From an uncultured Dehalococcoidales bacterium (GTDB lineage: Bacteria; Chloroflexota; Dehalococcoidia; GIF9; UBA5629), in the NCBI GenBank assembly GCA_964545945.1, contig CAZJID010000004.1, positions 1-46,394 of the forward strand: a stretch of DNA of 46,394 nt, given 5' to 3'. This document shows positions 29,607-39,569 of this stretch, piece by piece (position 1 is the stretch's first letter; each line of letters begins with the position of its first letter). The position numbers and the translations under genes are program-made. The notes under the pieces are model-generated. The model searched no databases and was not told the DNA's origin. It was given only the letters and a program-made list of their open reading frames with translations.

Positions 29607-30617
29607 CTATTTCCGCCATGGCGCCACCATCGGCTCTTTGAGAAACTCTCTCCTTTTCAGATAGTCCAGCTTCTTTTTGCCGCCACAAAGCTCGATATAA
29701 TCAGTAAAAGAATCGACACCGAATACATATTTATCAAAATATCTATCGACGCCCTGCTGAGTTTTCGAGAGGTTTAGCCACTCGGCTATATGTTCTTCGT
29801 CGTAGTAGTACATCCCCGGCATTTCGCAGGGGTGTGAGCCGTACGGGATTTCAATAACGGCATCTACTACCAGGAAGGGTATAGCTGTTTTCCAGGGCTC
29901 TTTTCTGATGGCTTCGTTGTCGATGATTTCTTCAGTGGTCAATATTAATTTTCTGGCGCACCGGGAAAGTTCAAAGTCTTCAACGAGGATAGCATCTATT
30001 TGCGCATTTCCATATACATCGCAGCGGTGAACGTGGATAAATGCCACGTCCGGATAAGCTGCAGGAATCAGGTTTATCGGCTTACCGCTGAATGGGTCTT
30101 TGACAACCTTGCATGAACTGTAACCGCCGGTGTCCGTGCCAAGCAGATTGCGGCTTGGTATGAACGGGATACCCATCATGCCTGCCAGAAATCGCCATTG
30201 ATACCCGGCATTGCTGGTTTCGGCCGCCACTTTACAATGACCGTTCTCAACCATTCTCCGGGAGGCTGGAGACAGCCCTCTGAGCTCGTGTCCGAAGCAG
30301 TAGGCTACCTCAGCTTTATTTACGCAGCCCGAGGCAACCATGATATCGAAATCATGAACAGCTGTTTTACCGGCCATGGCCAGATTACGCCTCTTTTGTC
30401 TGATGATTTCATATACAATCGCCATGGAAACTCTAATGTGTCCGAAGCCGCCACTGGCGATGAAATCTCCGTCGTGGACAAATCTGGATACGGCGTCCTC
30501 GACTGACATTGTTTTATCTTTCAGCTCGCGGGACTTGTTTTTGAGCACCCAGTCTCTGGCATCATCTGGGTCGTGCCAGCCTAGCAGTTCGCCTTTGCCC
30601 TCTTTTAGTATTTCCAT
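29607..30617 (-). CDS. Family I CoA-transferase, subunit A (GctA-like)
   Basis: 336 aa with DGDFIASGGFG and a long GctA-like architecture. A GGAGG Shine-Dalgarno precedes the ATG. Confidence 0.85.
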   Translation of the reverse strand: MEILKEGKGELLGWHDPDDARDWVLKNKSRELKDKTMSVEDAVSRFVHDGDFIASGGFGHIRVSMAIVYEIIRQKRRNLAMAGKTAVHDFDIMVASGCVNKAEVAYCFGHELRGLSPASRRMVENGHCKVAAETSNAGYQWRFLAGMMGIPFIPSRNLLGTDTGGYSSCKVVKDPFSGKPINLIPAAYPDVAFIHVHRCDVYGNAQIDAILVEDFELSRCARKLILTTEEIIDNEAIRKEPWKTAIPFLVVDAVIEIPYGSHPCEMPGMYYYDEEHIAEWLNLSKTQQGVDRYFDKYVFGVDSFTDYIELCGGKKKLDYLKRREFLKEPMVAPWRK

Positions 30618-30696
30618 TTTGGCTACCTCCTCTGAAATTGACCAGGAGAATTAACTGAAAGGCTCAAGCTTGAATAATTAATAAAATATTTCTGTT

Positions 30697-33264
30697 TTAG
30701 CTTATGGATATGGTTGAACCGCTGGCTGTTTTGGTCACGTTGATAAGCGTCTGGAATTTGTCCTTCATTTCTTCGAGGTGAGTAATAACGATTATCTTTT
30801 CGAAGTCGTCCTGAATGGAATTTATGGCTTCGACAAGTTTTTCCCTGGCTGAGCTATCCTGGGTACCGAAGCCTTCATCGATTATAAGAATGGGAAGTGA
30901 GGCACCGGCCCGCCGGACCAGCAGCATGGAAAGAGCAATGCGCAGGGCGAGGTCTATGCGAAAGGCTTCTCCGCCACTGTACATTTCGTAGTTTCTAGTG
31001 CCCAGTTCATCTGCTATCTTAATATCAAGTGTTTCTATGGTATCGCCTTTCCTGGTTTCCCGCTGGCTTTCGAGGCTGAGTGACATTCTGTTATCGGTCA
31101 TCTTAGCCAGCAGGCGGTTAGCCTCTATCTCAATTTCGGGAAGCGCCTGCTCGATAAGCAGGGCCTGAATACCCTTTTTGCTAAACGCTTCAGCCAGTTC
31201 TTTGTAAATGCTCTCTTCGCTTAAAGCTTCCTGTAAAAGTCCCGCTTTCTCCTTCTTTTTTGTTTCTAGGACGGCAAGCTGCCTTAGCCTTTCTTGTAAG
31301 GTTGCCAGGCTATCCCGTACCTGGCGCTCTTTATTAAGCGAAGCTTGCAGTTCTTCTTCCTGTTTGCCTAAGGCATCGATGATATCGGGAAGCGAAAGGA
31401 GTTCGGTCTTCAATTCCTCTTGCCTCTTCAGGCCAGTTGTTAGTGTTTTTTTCAAGCCGGAAAAGTTCTCTTGAGCCTCCACCAGGGCTGATTTTTCCTT
31501 GTCGACATTTTTTATGGCATCATCTAGTTCACGTTTCAGGATTTCGTATCTTTCCAGCTCTCCCAGTTGCTTTTGAATCTGCGCGTGCTTTTCTTTATTG
31601 TAGTCAAGCTTTTGCTCCTCGTTTTCTAACTCGGTTAGCATCTGCTGCTCTTGGACAGCGTAATCTTTCTTTGCCAGGCGCTGCTCAAGTTCCTCGAGTT
31701 CAGCTTTTTCCAGAGATAGCTCCTCGCCGGCCTGTCTGGCTTGGGCAAGCTCTTTTTCGATGATACTCAACTGACTGTGACTGGCAGTTCGCTCACGGTT
31801 CAGGTCCGATTCTTCTATGGTTAGTTCATTTTCCAGCACCCTCAATTTTACCTGGTCCTGGTTTAGTTCCTTGCTGTTTTTCTGTCCGGTCTTCGTTTTT
31901 TGCCGGGCTTCGGAGCTAAGCTTGACCTCTATCTGATACCGGCCGGCTGCTCCAAGCTCGGTCTCGCAGAGCGGGCAGCGCACGTCATCGCCGGCAAGCA
32001 GCTTAAGTTTCTCATTTACATCTTCAATTTCCTTGGCTAGCTGCATATTTTCAGACTCGAGATGGCTTATTCTCGATCTAATCTGCTGAATTTGTTCTCG
32101 CTTTTTAGTTACAGTTTCCTCAAACAGGGATAGTTCGAGCACATGTTTACGAGCTTCGGCCAGTGATTTTTCAAGCTCGACTGCTTTAGCAAATTTAGAT
32201 TCGTTTTCAGCAAACCTGGTTTGTATTATCTTATGTTCGATGATAAGCTCCTGGGCGGCTTTCTTAACTGCCTGGTCCAGATTGCTTATACGTTCTCTTA
32301 AAGAGAATAACCGGCTTAGTTTACTATTGAATTCTTCATTTAACTTTTTTACAGCCGTTAACTCAGAATATCTCTTCTCTATAGCTGCCCTTTCGTTTAA
32401 AATCCTCTCGTATTCTGAAATTATGGCCTGCTGCTCTCTTATTTTCGCTTGCAGGCGTTCCAGTTCCTTTTTTGTTTCATTAAGGCGAGTCTCGGTATTC
32501 GATAATTGCTCGTTTTTTATTTCTAAAGCTGTTTTCTGGCTACTGAGACTTTCGATAGTTGCCTCTTCGGATTTTCTTCTCTCTTCCAACTTGCTGATCT
32601 CGCCCTGGGTTTTCCCGATTTCATCCTCGCATTTAATCCTATCAACCAGCTGGAGTTCTATCTCGTTAATGGCATTCTCGAGCCTGTCCGCTTCTGTTCT
32701 TCGTTTTGTGGACTGCTCCTTGGCCTTGCTTTCCAATTCGTCATAGTGAGATAGACCTAGAATGTTGGCGAGAACTTCTTTGCGTTCTCCAGGACGTTTG
32801 ACGCTGAACTCGTCGGCATGTCCTTGCCGGAGGAAGGCGCTATTTTTGAATGTCTCATAATCCAGATTCAAAATGTCGGTTATCTTTTGCTGAGTTTCCT
32901 GCAGCGAATTCCCGGAAACCGATTTGAAGGCTCCGTTACCGGCTATTTGAAGTTCCAAGACGGTCTGTCCGGCGCGTGCCTTGCTTGGTTTCCTGGTGTG
33001 TTTACGCAGTATTCGGTAGTGCTGGTCGCCGGAACTGAACTCCAGTTCCACCTCCATTTCAGATTGCCCAAGGTGAATCAGGTCGTCATCAGTTCTGGCC
33101 CGTGATTTTCCCCATAGCGCCCAGGTCATAGCATCGAACACTGCGGATTTACCATTGCCGTTGTCGCCACAGAGGCAGGCAATGTGTATGCCTTCGAAAG
33201 ACAATGCTGGTACATTGTCCCGATAACACATGAAGTTTTTGAGTGCCAGTCTGACCGGAATCAT
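30697..33264 (-). CDS. Rad50/SbcC-family ATPase with coiled coil and CxxC zinc hook
   Basis: 855 aa. It has N-terminal Walker A CGDNGNGKSAVFDA, Q-loop FLRQG, a long Glu/Lys/Leu-rich coiled coil with a central CPLCETEL hook, C-terminal signature YSGGEAFR, Walker B LIIDEGFG and H-loop VITH. Confidence 0.85.
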   Translation of the reverse strand: MIPVRLALKNFMCYRDNVPALSFEGIHIACLCGDNGNGKSAVFDAMTWALWGKSRARTDDDLIHLGQSEMEVELEFSSGDQHYRILRKHTRKPSKARAGQTVLELQIAGNGAFKSVSGNSLQETQQKITDILNLDYETFKNSAFLRQGHADEFSVKRPGERKEVLANILGLSHYDELESKAKEQSTKRRTEADRLENAINEIELQLVDRIKCEDEIGKTQGEISKLEERRKSEEATIESLSSQKTALEIKNEQLSNTETRLNETKKELERLQAKIREQQAIISEYERILNERAAIEKRYSELTAVKKLNEEFNSKLSRLFSLRERISNLDQAVKKAAQELIIEHKIIQTRFAENESKFAKAVELEKSLAEARKHVLELSLFEETVTKKREQIQQIRSRISHLESENMQLAKEIEDVNEKLKLLAGDDVRCPLCETELGAAGRYQIEVKLSSEARQKTKTGQKNSKELNQDQVKLRVLENELTIEESDLNRERTASHSQLSIIEKELAQARQAGEELSLEKAELEELEQRLAKKDYAVQEQQMLTELENEEQKLDYNKEKHAQIQKQLGELERYEILKRELDDAIKNVDKEKSALVEAQENFSGLKKTLTTGLKRQEELKTELLSLPDIIDALGKQEEELQASLNKERQVRDSLATLQERLRQLAVLETKKKEKAGLLQEALSEESIYKELAEAFSKKGIQALLIEQALPEIEIEANRLLAKMTDNRMSLSLESQRETRKGDTIETLDIKIADELGTRNYEMYSGGEAFRIDLALRIALSMLLVRRAGASLPILIIDEGFGTQDSSAREKLVEAINSIQDDFEKIIVITHLEEMKDKFQTLINVTKTASGSTISIS

Positions 33265-33280
33265 TTTTCTTTACTGTTGA

Positions 33281-34045
33281 TTAGAAATCCAAGTCATCTT
33301 CTTTTGGGCCGAATTTGGCTGCCTCTTCTTTACTTGGACAAATTTCAAGGAAATCGCAGTTCCAGCAGAAGATGTTGGGTGTGGCGGGATATTCCTTCTC
33401 GCGGCATATCCTGTCTACCATGTCGATGACATAGGAAGTCGCCTGTGCCAGATCTTGCTCGCTCAGCTCGATTGTCTGCCATTTGCCGACTCCTAAGTAA
33501 AGGTAAGAAGCCTTTTTGAGCGGAGAATGCTGTTGTTTGGAAAGAATCAGAGCGTAAATATGGAGTTGGAGCTCATTTATTTCCGACGGCATCTTACCTG
33601 TCTTATAATCGATAATGTGCAGGCCGCCATCAAGTTCGCGGTCAACCCGGTCAATTCTGCCTTTTAGAATTATGGTATCTGTAAGTTCGACGCGGTGATT
33701 TTTTTCTATCATAAACGGATTGATCGACATGTCTTGATTTTGGGCAAACCAGCGCAGTTGATTGAGCGCTTTTTCTCCCCACTTTTTCTCATCATCTTTA
33801 TCATTAAAGCCCTTGCGGTTACGTCGCCATTTTTCCCGGAGCAAATTCTCCAGTTTCGGCAGGTTTCTTTCGGTAACTGGAACTACGGATAAGAAATCTT
33901 TGAGAGCCGCATGAATATGGTCGCCCATAGTGAAATATGGGCGTGCTTTTCTGTAGATGTCGCCCAGGCGGTCAATGTATTGAAATTTATACTGCCGCGG
34001 GCACTGCTTAAACATATTTAAGCTGAAGGGTGAAGCCTCAAACAT
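33281..34045 (-). CDS. Cas4/RecB-like PD-(D/E)XK nuclease with four-Cys (Fe-S type) signature
   Basis: 254 aa. It has an N-terminal Cys (FKQCPRQYKFQYI), then GDHIH, GRIDRVD, IIDYKTG (D..DxK), QLHIY, and C-terminal CWNCDFLEIC. It lies 16 nt upstream of the Rad50-like gene. Confidence 0.8.
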   Translation of the reverse strand: MFEASPFSLNMFKQCPRQYKFQYIDRLGDIYRKARPYFTMGDHIHAALKDFLSVVPVTERNLPKLENLLREKWRRNRKGFNDKDDEKKWGEKALNQLRWFAQNQDMSINPFMIEKNHRVELTDTIILKGRIDRVDRELDGGLHIIDYKTGKMPSEINELQLHIYALILSKQQHSPLKKASYLYLGVGKWQTIELSEQDLAQATSYVIDMVDRICREKEYPATPNIFCWNCDFLEICPSKEEAAKFGPKEDDLDF

Positions 34046-34145
34046 CTCTGTGTCTTTTATCGTGATTCTTCAGTTTTTTCAGGCTGGCTTTATTTTATCA
34101 CAATTGACGGCGATGACGGCCATAGGTAGAATTCTAGAGAAAGTT

Positions 34146-35477
34146 ATGTTTGAAGTCCTGACACAGAAACTGAGTAAGGTATTCAGTGTCCTTGGCAACA
34201 AGGGCAGGCTGAGCGAAAAAGACATTGAAGAAGCTTTACGAGAAATTCGGCTGGCTTTGCTCGAGGCAGACGTTAACTTCAAGGTGGTAAAAAGCTTTTT
34301 GGCTGACGTAAAAGAGAAGGCATTAACAGCCCAAGTGTTGGAAAGCCTGACTCCCGGTCAACAGATCGTAAAAATTGTCAATGAAGAACTTATAAACATA
34401 TTAGGAAAGGAACGCAATCCGCTCATCGCAGCCGGTCATCCGCCTTCAATTCTCATGCTTGTCGGCTTACAGGGTTCGGGAAAAACGACGACGGCAGCCA
34501 AGCTGGCGCTGCATTTCAAAAATGCGGGGCAGCGTCCTCTGCTGGTGGCGGCGGATACTCGACGGCCGGCGGCAATCGACCAGCTGGTAACGCTTGGCAA
34601 ACAGCTCGATGTACAGGTTTCGGCTGGTGATGAAAAGACAGCACCGCTGGCAGTTTGCCGCCGTGCTTTAAAACAGGCAAACGAGATTGCTGCTACGTGG
34701 GTTATTATCGATACTCAGGGGCGCTTGCATGTCGATGAAGAGATGATGAAGGAACTGACCAAGCTGAAGACTGAAATTAAGCCGTCGGAAGTTTTGCTGG
34801 TGGTTGATGCTATGACAGGTCAGGATGCGGTGAAAACGGCCGAAGAGTTTAATAAAAGCGTCGTTTTGACCGGACTTGTATTGACCAAGATGGACGGTGA
34901 TGCCAGGGGTGGTGCAGCGCTTTCTATTAAGTCAGTCACTGGCGTGCCGATTAAGTTCATCGGCACCGGGGAAAAAGTCAGTGCCATCGAGCCCTTTTAT
35001 CCGGACCGGATGGCCTCGCGAATTTTGGGCATGGGAGATGTACTTACCCTTATTGAAAAGGCGGAAGATGCGTTTGATAAACAGCAGGCGAAGCAGCTTG
35101 AAAAAAAACTGAGAAAAGCAGAACTAGACCTGGAGGATTTTCTCGTTCAGCTACGCCAGATTAAGAAGATGGGGTCTTTAAATCAACTGGTGGAACTGCT
35201 ACCCGGTTTTTCCAAGATATCGTCCGGTCTTCCTCAAAGCGGGAGCGAGGAGCGGTTAAAAAAAATTGAATCTATCATCTTGTCCATGACAGTGGAAGAA
35301 CGTCGTAATCCGACAATTATCGGTGGTAGCAGGCGGAGGCGTATTGCAAAGGGTAGCGGCACCTCGTCAGGTGACGTCAATCAGTTGCTCAACCAGTTTT
35401 ACCAGATGAAAAAACTGGCTAAAATGGCGGCGACAGGAAAACTTCCTAGAAATTTAATGGGTACATTCGGACGGTAA
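34146..35477 (+). CDS. ffh: Signal recognition particle protein Ffh
   Basis: MFEVLTQKLSKVF..., the GTPase motif GLQGSGKTTTAAKLA, DTRRPAA, DTQGR and TKMDGDARGG, plus a Met-rich M domain. The track ORF extends upstream to 34050, but the ATG at 34146 matches the family N-terminus. Confidence 0.95.
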   Translation: MFEVLTQKLSKVFSVLGNKGRLSEKDIEEALREIRLALLEADVNFKVVKSFLADVKEKALTAQVLESLTPGQQIVKIVNEELINILGKERNPLIAAGHPPSILMLVGLQGSGKTTTAAKLALHFKNAGQRPLLVAADTRRPAAIDQLVTLGKQLDVQVSAGDEKTAPLAVCRRALKQANEIAATWVIIDTQGRLHVDEEMMKELTKLKTEIKPSEVLLVVDAMTGQDAVKTAEEFNKSVVLTGLVLTKMDGDARGGAALSIKSVTGVPIKFIGTGEKVSAIEPFYPDRMASRILGMGDVLTLIEKAEDAFDKQQAKQLEKKLRKAELDLEDFLVQLRQIKKMGSLNQLVELLPGFSKISSGLPQSGSEERLKKIESIILSMTVEERRNPTIIGGSRRRRIAKGSGTSSGDVNQLLNQFYQMKKLAKMAATGKLPRNLMGTFGR

Positions 35478-35485
35478 CCAGTATA

Positions 35486-36088
35486 TTACTCGCCAGTTCT
35501 TGTAGTTCCGATAATAGTAAGCTGGTGGTCCGCTATCTGGACGCTGGTAACATCCAGTGGTACGCCCGCTATCTGCGAGCTCAGCAGTATATTCGCTATC
35601 TGCTCCGCTCTTGCCTTCGCTGATTGGGGCAACGGTAACTTACCTAGGTTAAACTCGTCTATTACCACTTTTGGCTTGCCGTCGGTAATCGTTATTCGTC
35701 CTATTGTTCCTGTCTTAGCGTCCATTACAGGTGCGTCGACGACGGCATAAGCTAGAAAGTTGCCATCGCCGAAATTAACGAGTACCCGTTTTAGAGGCAA
35801 CTGTCCTTCGGCGAGCATCTGCACCAACTTGGAATTGGCCTCCGACTCGGTTATTGTCAGAGTCACTTCTTTTTTCTGCCCGGCCTCCACGGCTGCTTTT
35901 ATTTGACTGTCGGCAGTGTCCAGTTTGTTATCGAAACTTTGAGCTGCGTCTGCGGTTACCGCGACCGGAACAGCTCTCGCCAAAATCGATGGAGAAAGTG
36001 AGTAAAGATAAAAGCCGGTGACGAGGAAGATAATAACCAGGATGCCTATCACACCGATGCCCATGATTATTCCTTTTATCAGTCTCAT
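35486..36088 (-). CDS. Hypothetical single-pass membrane-anchored protein (possibly DUF2140/YpmS-like)
   Basis: 200 aa with an N-terminal TM helix (IIMGIGVIGILVIIFLVTGFYLY) and a beta-rich soluble domain. It lies 34 nt downstream of rpoD. The family assignment is a weak impression only. Confidence 0.55.
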   Translation of the reverse strand: MRLIKGIIMGIGVIGILVIIFLVTGFYLYSLSPSILARAVPVAVTADAAQSFDNKLDTADSQIKAAVEAGQKKEVTLTITESEANSKLVQMLAEGQLPLKRVLVNFGDGNFLAYAVVDAPVMDAKTGTIGRITITDGKPKVVIDEFNLGKLPLPQSAKARAEQIANILLSSQIAGVPLDVTSVQIADHQLTIIGTTRTGE

Positions 36089-36122
36089 GTAATTCCTCCT
36101 GGTAACTCGGATTTCGGTTGAT

Positions 36123-37697
36123 CTATTCCAGATAGTCTTTAAGCTTGCGGCTGCGGCTGGGATGGCGTAGTTTTCGTAGCGCCTTGGCCTCTATTTGACG
36201 GATTCGCTCTCGGGTTACATTGAACTCCTTGCCTACTTCTTCCAGGGTACGAGCTCGCCCATCTTCTAAGCCGAATCTAAGCAATATGACTCTTCTTTCT
36301 CTGTCGGTAAGTTCAGATAGTATCTTATTTAGCTGTGCCTTAAGCAATTCCTGAGAGGCGGCATCAGCCGGTGGGGGGGTGGCCCTATCCTCGATAAAGT
36401 CTCCGAGATGACTGTCTTCTTCTTCGCCTATAGGCATTTCCAGAGATATAGGCATTTGTGACAGCTTCAAGATTTCTCTTACTCTATCGGAGGATATTTC
36501 CATGCCCTTGCCTATCTCTTCGTAGCTGGGTTCGCGCCCATATTCCTGGGCCAAGCGGCGGTTGACTTTAAGTAATCTATTGATAGTCTCCACCATGTGC
36601 ACGGGGATACGGATGGTACGAGCCTGGTCAGCGATTGCCCGTGTAATGGCCTGTCTGATCCACCACGTGGCGTAAGTGCTGAATTTGTAGCCTTTTCGGT
36701 ATTCGAATTTCTCTACAGCACGAACCAATCCTATGTTGCCTTCTTGAATAAGGTCGAGAAGCGGCACACCGTGCCCTACATATTTCTTGGCGACGCTGAC
36801 AACGAGGCGTAGATTTGCCTCGGTAAGATGTCTTTCTGCTTTTCTGGCTGTTCTCTTTACTCTAAAAAAATGAGCCCTAAATTGCTGAGCATGCTCTTCC
36901 AATTGGCTGACGAATTTGCGGTTGACACGCTGGCCAATCATAGTTTCCAGCTGTTTCCATGTGGTTTTTTCTTCGATAACCTTTTGCAACTCTGCCGGTA
37001 GAAGCCGACTTACCGTAGAGAGGTCTACAAGTCCCTGTTCGACCTCTGCGGTATTTTTACGAGTGCTCTTTGCAATAGCTTCTACCATTTCCAGGTTGAG
37101 ATTTCCGTCAATGGCTTCCCGCAGCTTCGAGTCGCTCAGACTTATAATGAAGCTGTCTGAATTAGTCAGATTAAGTACTTTAACCAGTGCCTTTACCAGT
37201 ATCCGGGAAGCAAGTAAATGTCGAAGCAAATAAATTACTGTATCAACTGCGGATGGGTATTCTCTGTGGCGTTGAAAATATAGCTCTTCAATCCTCTCTT
37301 GATATTTGGCCTCTTCTATTTTGCTGGCCAGTGTTTTCTCGTCGTCTGCTGTGAGCAGGGGAACCTTGCCTATTTCATGCAGATACATACGGACCGGGTC
37401 ATCGATTGTCTCATGCTCAACCGGCTCTATTTCCAGGTCGAGCTGACCGGAATCTTCCTTATCTTTATCCTCTTTCCCCGCTAACTCGTATTCCAGTTCT
37501 TCGGTCTCTTCGACTTCCCAGGGAAAGATGAGGTCGGCATTATCCTTGGTTGGCTCGATTTTAGTGAGGCTATCCGTGCCGTCAGCGTTCTGTGCGAGGT
37601 CTTTACCGTCGACATAACCGATATCTACCTCTTCTAAATTAGTCCTTTCCTTCTTAGGGAAGTAGGACAGTAGCTCATCTTCTCTATCTACATTCAT
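36123..37697 (-). CDS. rpoD: Primary RNA polymerase sigma factor (sigma-70 / RpoD)
   Basis: 524 aa with an acidic N-terminus, region 1.2 ([11 protein letters not shown]), region 2 ([11 protein letters not shown]...[35 protein letters not shown]), and regions 3 and 4 ([29 protein letters not shown]). Confidence 0.95.
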   Translation of the reverse strand: MNVDREDELLSYFPKKERTNLEEVDIGYVDGKDLAQNADGTDSLTKIEPTKDNADLIFPWEVEETEELEYELAGKEDKDKEDSGQLDLEIEPVEHETIDDPVRMYLHEIGKVPLLTADDEKTLASKIEEAKYQERIEELYFQRHREYPSAVDTVIYLLRHLLASRILVKALVKVLNLTNSDSFIISLSDSKLREAIDGNLNLEMVEAIAKSTRKNTAEVEQGLVDLSTVSRLLPAELQKVIEEKTTWKQLETMIGQRVNRKFVSQLEEHAQQFRAHFFRVKRTARKAERHLTEANLRLVVSVAKKYVGHGVPLLDLIQEGNIGLVRAVEKFEYRKGYKFSTYATWWIRQAITRAIADQARTIRIPVHMVETINRLLKVNRRLAQEYGREPSYEEIGKGMEISSDRVREILKLSQMPISLEMPIGEEEDSHLGDFIEDRATPPPADAASQELLKAQLNKILSELTDRERRVILLRFGLEDGRARTLEEVGKEFNVTRERIRQIEAKALRKLRHPSRSRKLKDYLE

Positions 37698-39568
37698 TGT
37701 ACATCGCTCTTTACCTGTCGACGCCGATGATTCTGCCGGATGAAGACATCTTGAAGCTGCTTTGTAATTTCTAAACCCTGCTCCTCAAGTTTAGCTAATC
37801 CCGCCGCTGCTCCGCCAATTTCAGCCTCAATAGCTAGTAGTTCCTGCATTTGGGACTCCAGGTTTCTGAGTCTTCTCTCCTGCAAGCGAATCACGCAGTC
37901 TTCCATGGTTGCCCGTCGGACCGATTCATTATCTGTAATGATTGATGGGAATGCCCTACATAAGAGGTTATTTAAGTGCTCTTTAAGAATATTGTCAAGA
38001 CTATCCTCAAGTTTGGAAACGTCATCGCAGTCGTACCATTTTGTAAATAGCTCGCGGTTTTCAGTGTTTTCGAAATGCTCCGGCGATAGCTCTGTGCTTT
38101 CCGACTTTAGTTCCGGATATTGAAGCAGTAAAGCCAGGCAATATTGTTCTAGAGGACTCGATGAAACGACCGTGACTGCAACTGGAGCCAAAGAATTTGC
38201 GCTTGTTGTTCCTCTCCGTCTTCTTTCGGTAGTTCTGAATTTTCTTAGAGTATCGATGAGAAAATGTTCATCAATTTTCAACAAATGGGCGAGCCTTTCT
38301 AAGTAGTGGGCCTGGCGAAGTGGATCTTTCATCTCGGCAAGCAGCGGCAGTAGCCTTTCAACGGCTATAGACTTATCTCTGGAACTCGTCGTGTCTAATT
38401 TCGCTATGGAACTCTGGAAAATAAAGTCAACCATCGGTTTTGCATCAGCTATCAACTTTTGCCATTTTAAAGAGTCTTCCTTGATTAAGTCTTTGATTAC
38501 ATCATCCAAATCCTTGCCTTGAGGTAAGATGAGAATCTTTACCTCGGCTTTGTGGGCGTCTTCGTATTTTACCCACCCATAGAATGGTGGTACCGGCAGC
38601 ATTTTATCAAGCATTTCCGCGCTTCGTGATACAGCCCCTTCTCCCGCTGCGTCGGCATCGAGAGCCAGTATTAAGTTCCTACTCAATATTTTGGAAATGA
38701 CTATCTGCTTGTCAACTATAGATGTACCTGAAAAAGCAACTACGTTCTTATATCCGTATTGGTGAGCCGTAAGGACATCCATATAACCTTCGGTGATTAT
38801 AGCTAAATCGTTTTCACGAATGGCTGTCTTGGCACGGTCAATGCCGTAGAGACTGCTACTTTTATCATAAATCAACGTTTGTGGCGAATTAAGATATTTG
38901 GGTAAGGAATCATCCAGGGCTCTACCACCGAAGCCTATTGCCTGACCTTGGCCGTTTCTTATTGGGAAAATAAGACGGTTGCGAAATCGGTCATAGCTGC
39001 TTCCATCATCTCGCTTCACCAGTAAGCCAGCGTCCAACAATTGTTTTTCTTCGTAACCTTTGCCCTTGAGATATTTCTTAATCGTCTCCCAGCCCTCTGG
39101 TGCGAAACCAAGTTGGAAGTTTTTTATGGTTTCAAGCGACAACCCGCGCTCGGCTACATAATTTCTGGCTGGCGCTGCTTCCGAAGCATTCAATAATATG
39201 TGATGATAATATGCGGCAGCCGCTTCGTTTATTTCATATAATTTTTCGCGTTCCTTATTTTGAGCTTGTTTCTCTGGAGCCACCTTAGTATCGAGAGGGA
39301 CACCTGCTTTACCGGCTAAAAGTCGAAGGGCCTGCGCAAAATCGACACCTTCTTTTTTCATGATGAAGGAGAAAATATCACCGCCGGTACCACAGGCGCC
39401 GAAGCAGTGCCAGCTCTGTTTATCCGGAAAAACAAAAAACGAAGGGTTCTTTTCAGAATGGAATGGGCACGCCGCTTTGTAGTTATGGCCCGCTTTTTGT
39501 AGTTTAACGTACTCAGAGACTACCTGGACAACGTCCAATCTCTGTTTTACATCGTCGATTACGCTCAT
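37694..39568 (-). CDS. dnaG: DNA primase DnaG
   Basis: 624 aa with the zinc ribbon [27 protein letters not shown], a TOPRIM domain ([17 protein letters not shown]) and a C-terminal helicase-binding region. It overlaps the rpoD start (ATGA). Confidence 0.95.
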   Translation of the reverse strand: MSVIDDVKQRLDVVQVVSEYVKLQKAGHNYKAACPFHSEKNPSFFVFPDKQSWHCFGACGTGGDIFSFIMKKEGVDFAQALRLLAGKAGVPLDTKVAPEKQAQNKEREKLYEINEAAAAYYHHILLNASEAAPARNYVAERGLSLETIKNFQLGFAPEGWETIKKYLKGKGYEEKQLLDAGLLVKRDDGSSYDRFRNRLIFPIRNGQGQAIGFGGRALDDSLPKYLNSPQTLIYDKSSSLYGIDRAKTAIRENDLAIITEGYMDVLTAHQYGYKNVVAFSGTSIVDKQIVISKILSRNLILALDADAAGEGAVSRSAEMLDKMLPVPPFYGWVKYEDAHKAEVKILILPQGKDLDDVIKDLIKEDSLKWQKLIADAKPMVDFIFQSSIAKLDTTSSRDKSIAVERLLPLLAEMKDPLRQAHYLERLAHLLKIDEHFLIDTLRKFRTTERRRRGTTSANSLAPVAVTVVSSSPLEQYCLALLLQYPELKSESTELSPEHFENTENRELFTKWYDCDDVSKLEDSLDNILKEHLNNLLCRAFPSIITDNESVRRATMEDCVIRLQERRLRNLESQMQELLAIEAEIGGAAAGLAKLEEQGLEITKQLQDVFIRQNHRRRQVKSDVQ

Positions 39569-39569
39569 T

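Noticed and set aside
32240-32746. 168-aa Ser/Leu/Phe-rich plus-strand ORF inside the Rad50-like gene.
   Set aside because: It is the complement of the Glu/Lys/Leu-rich coiled-coil codons, so it is a compositional artefact rather than a gene.
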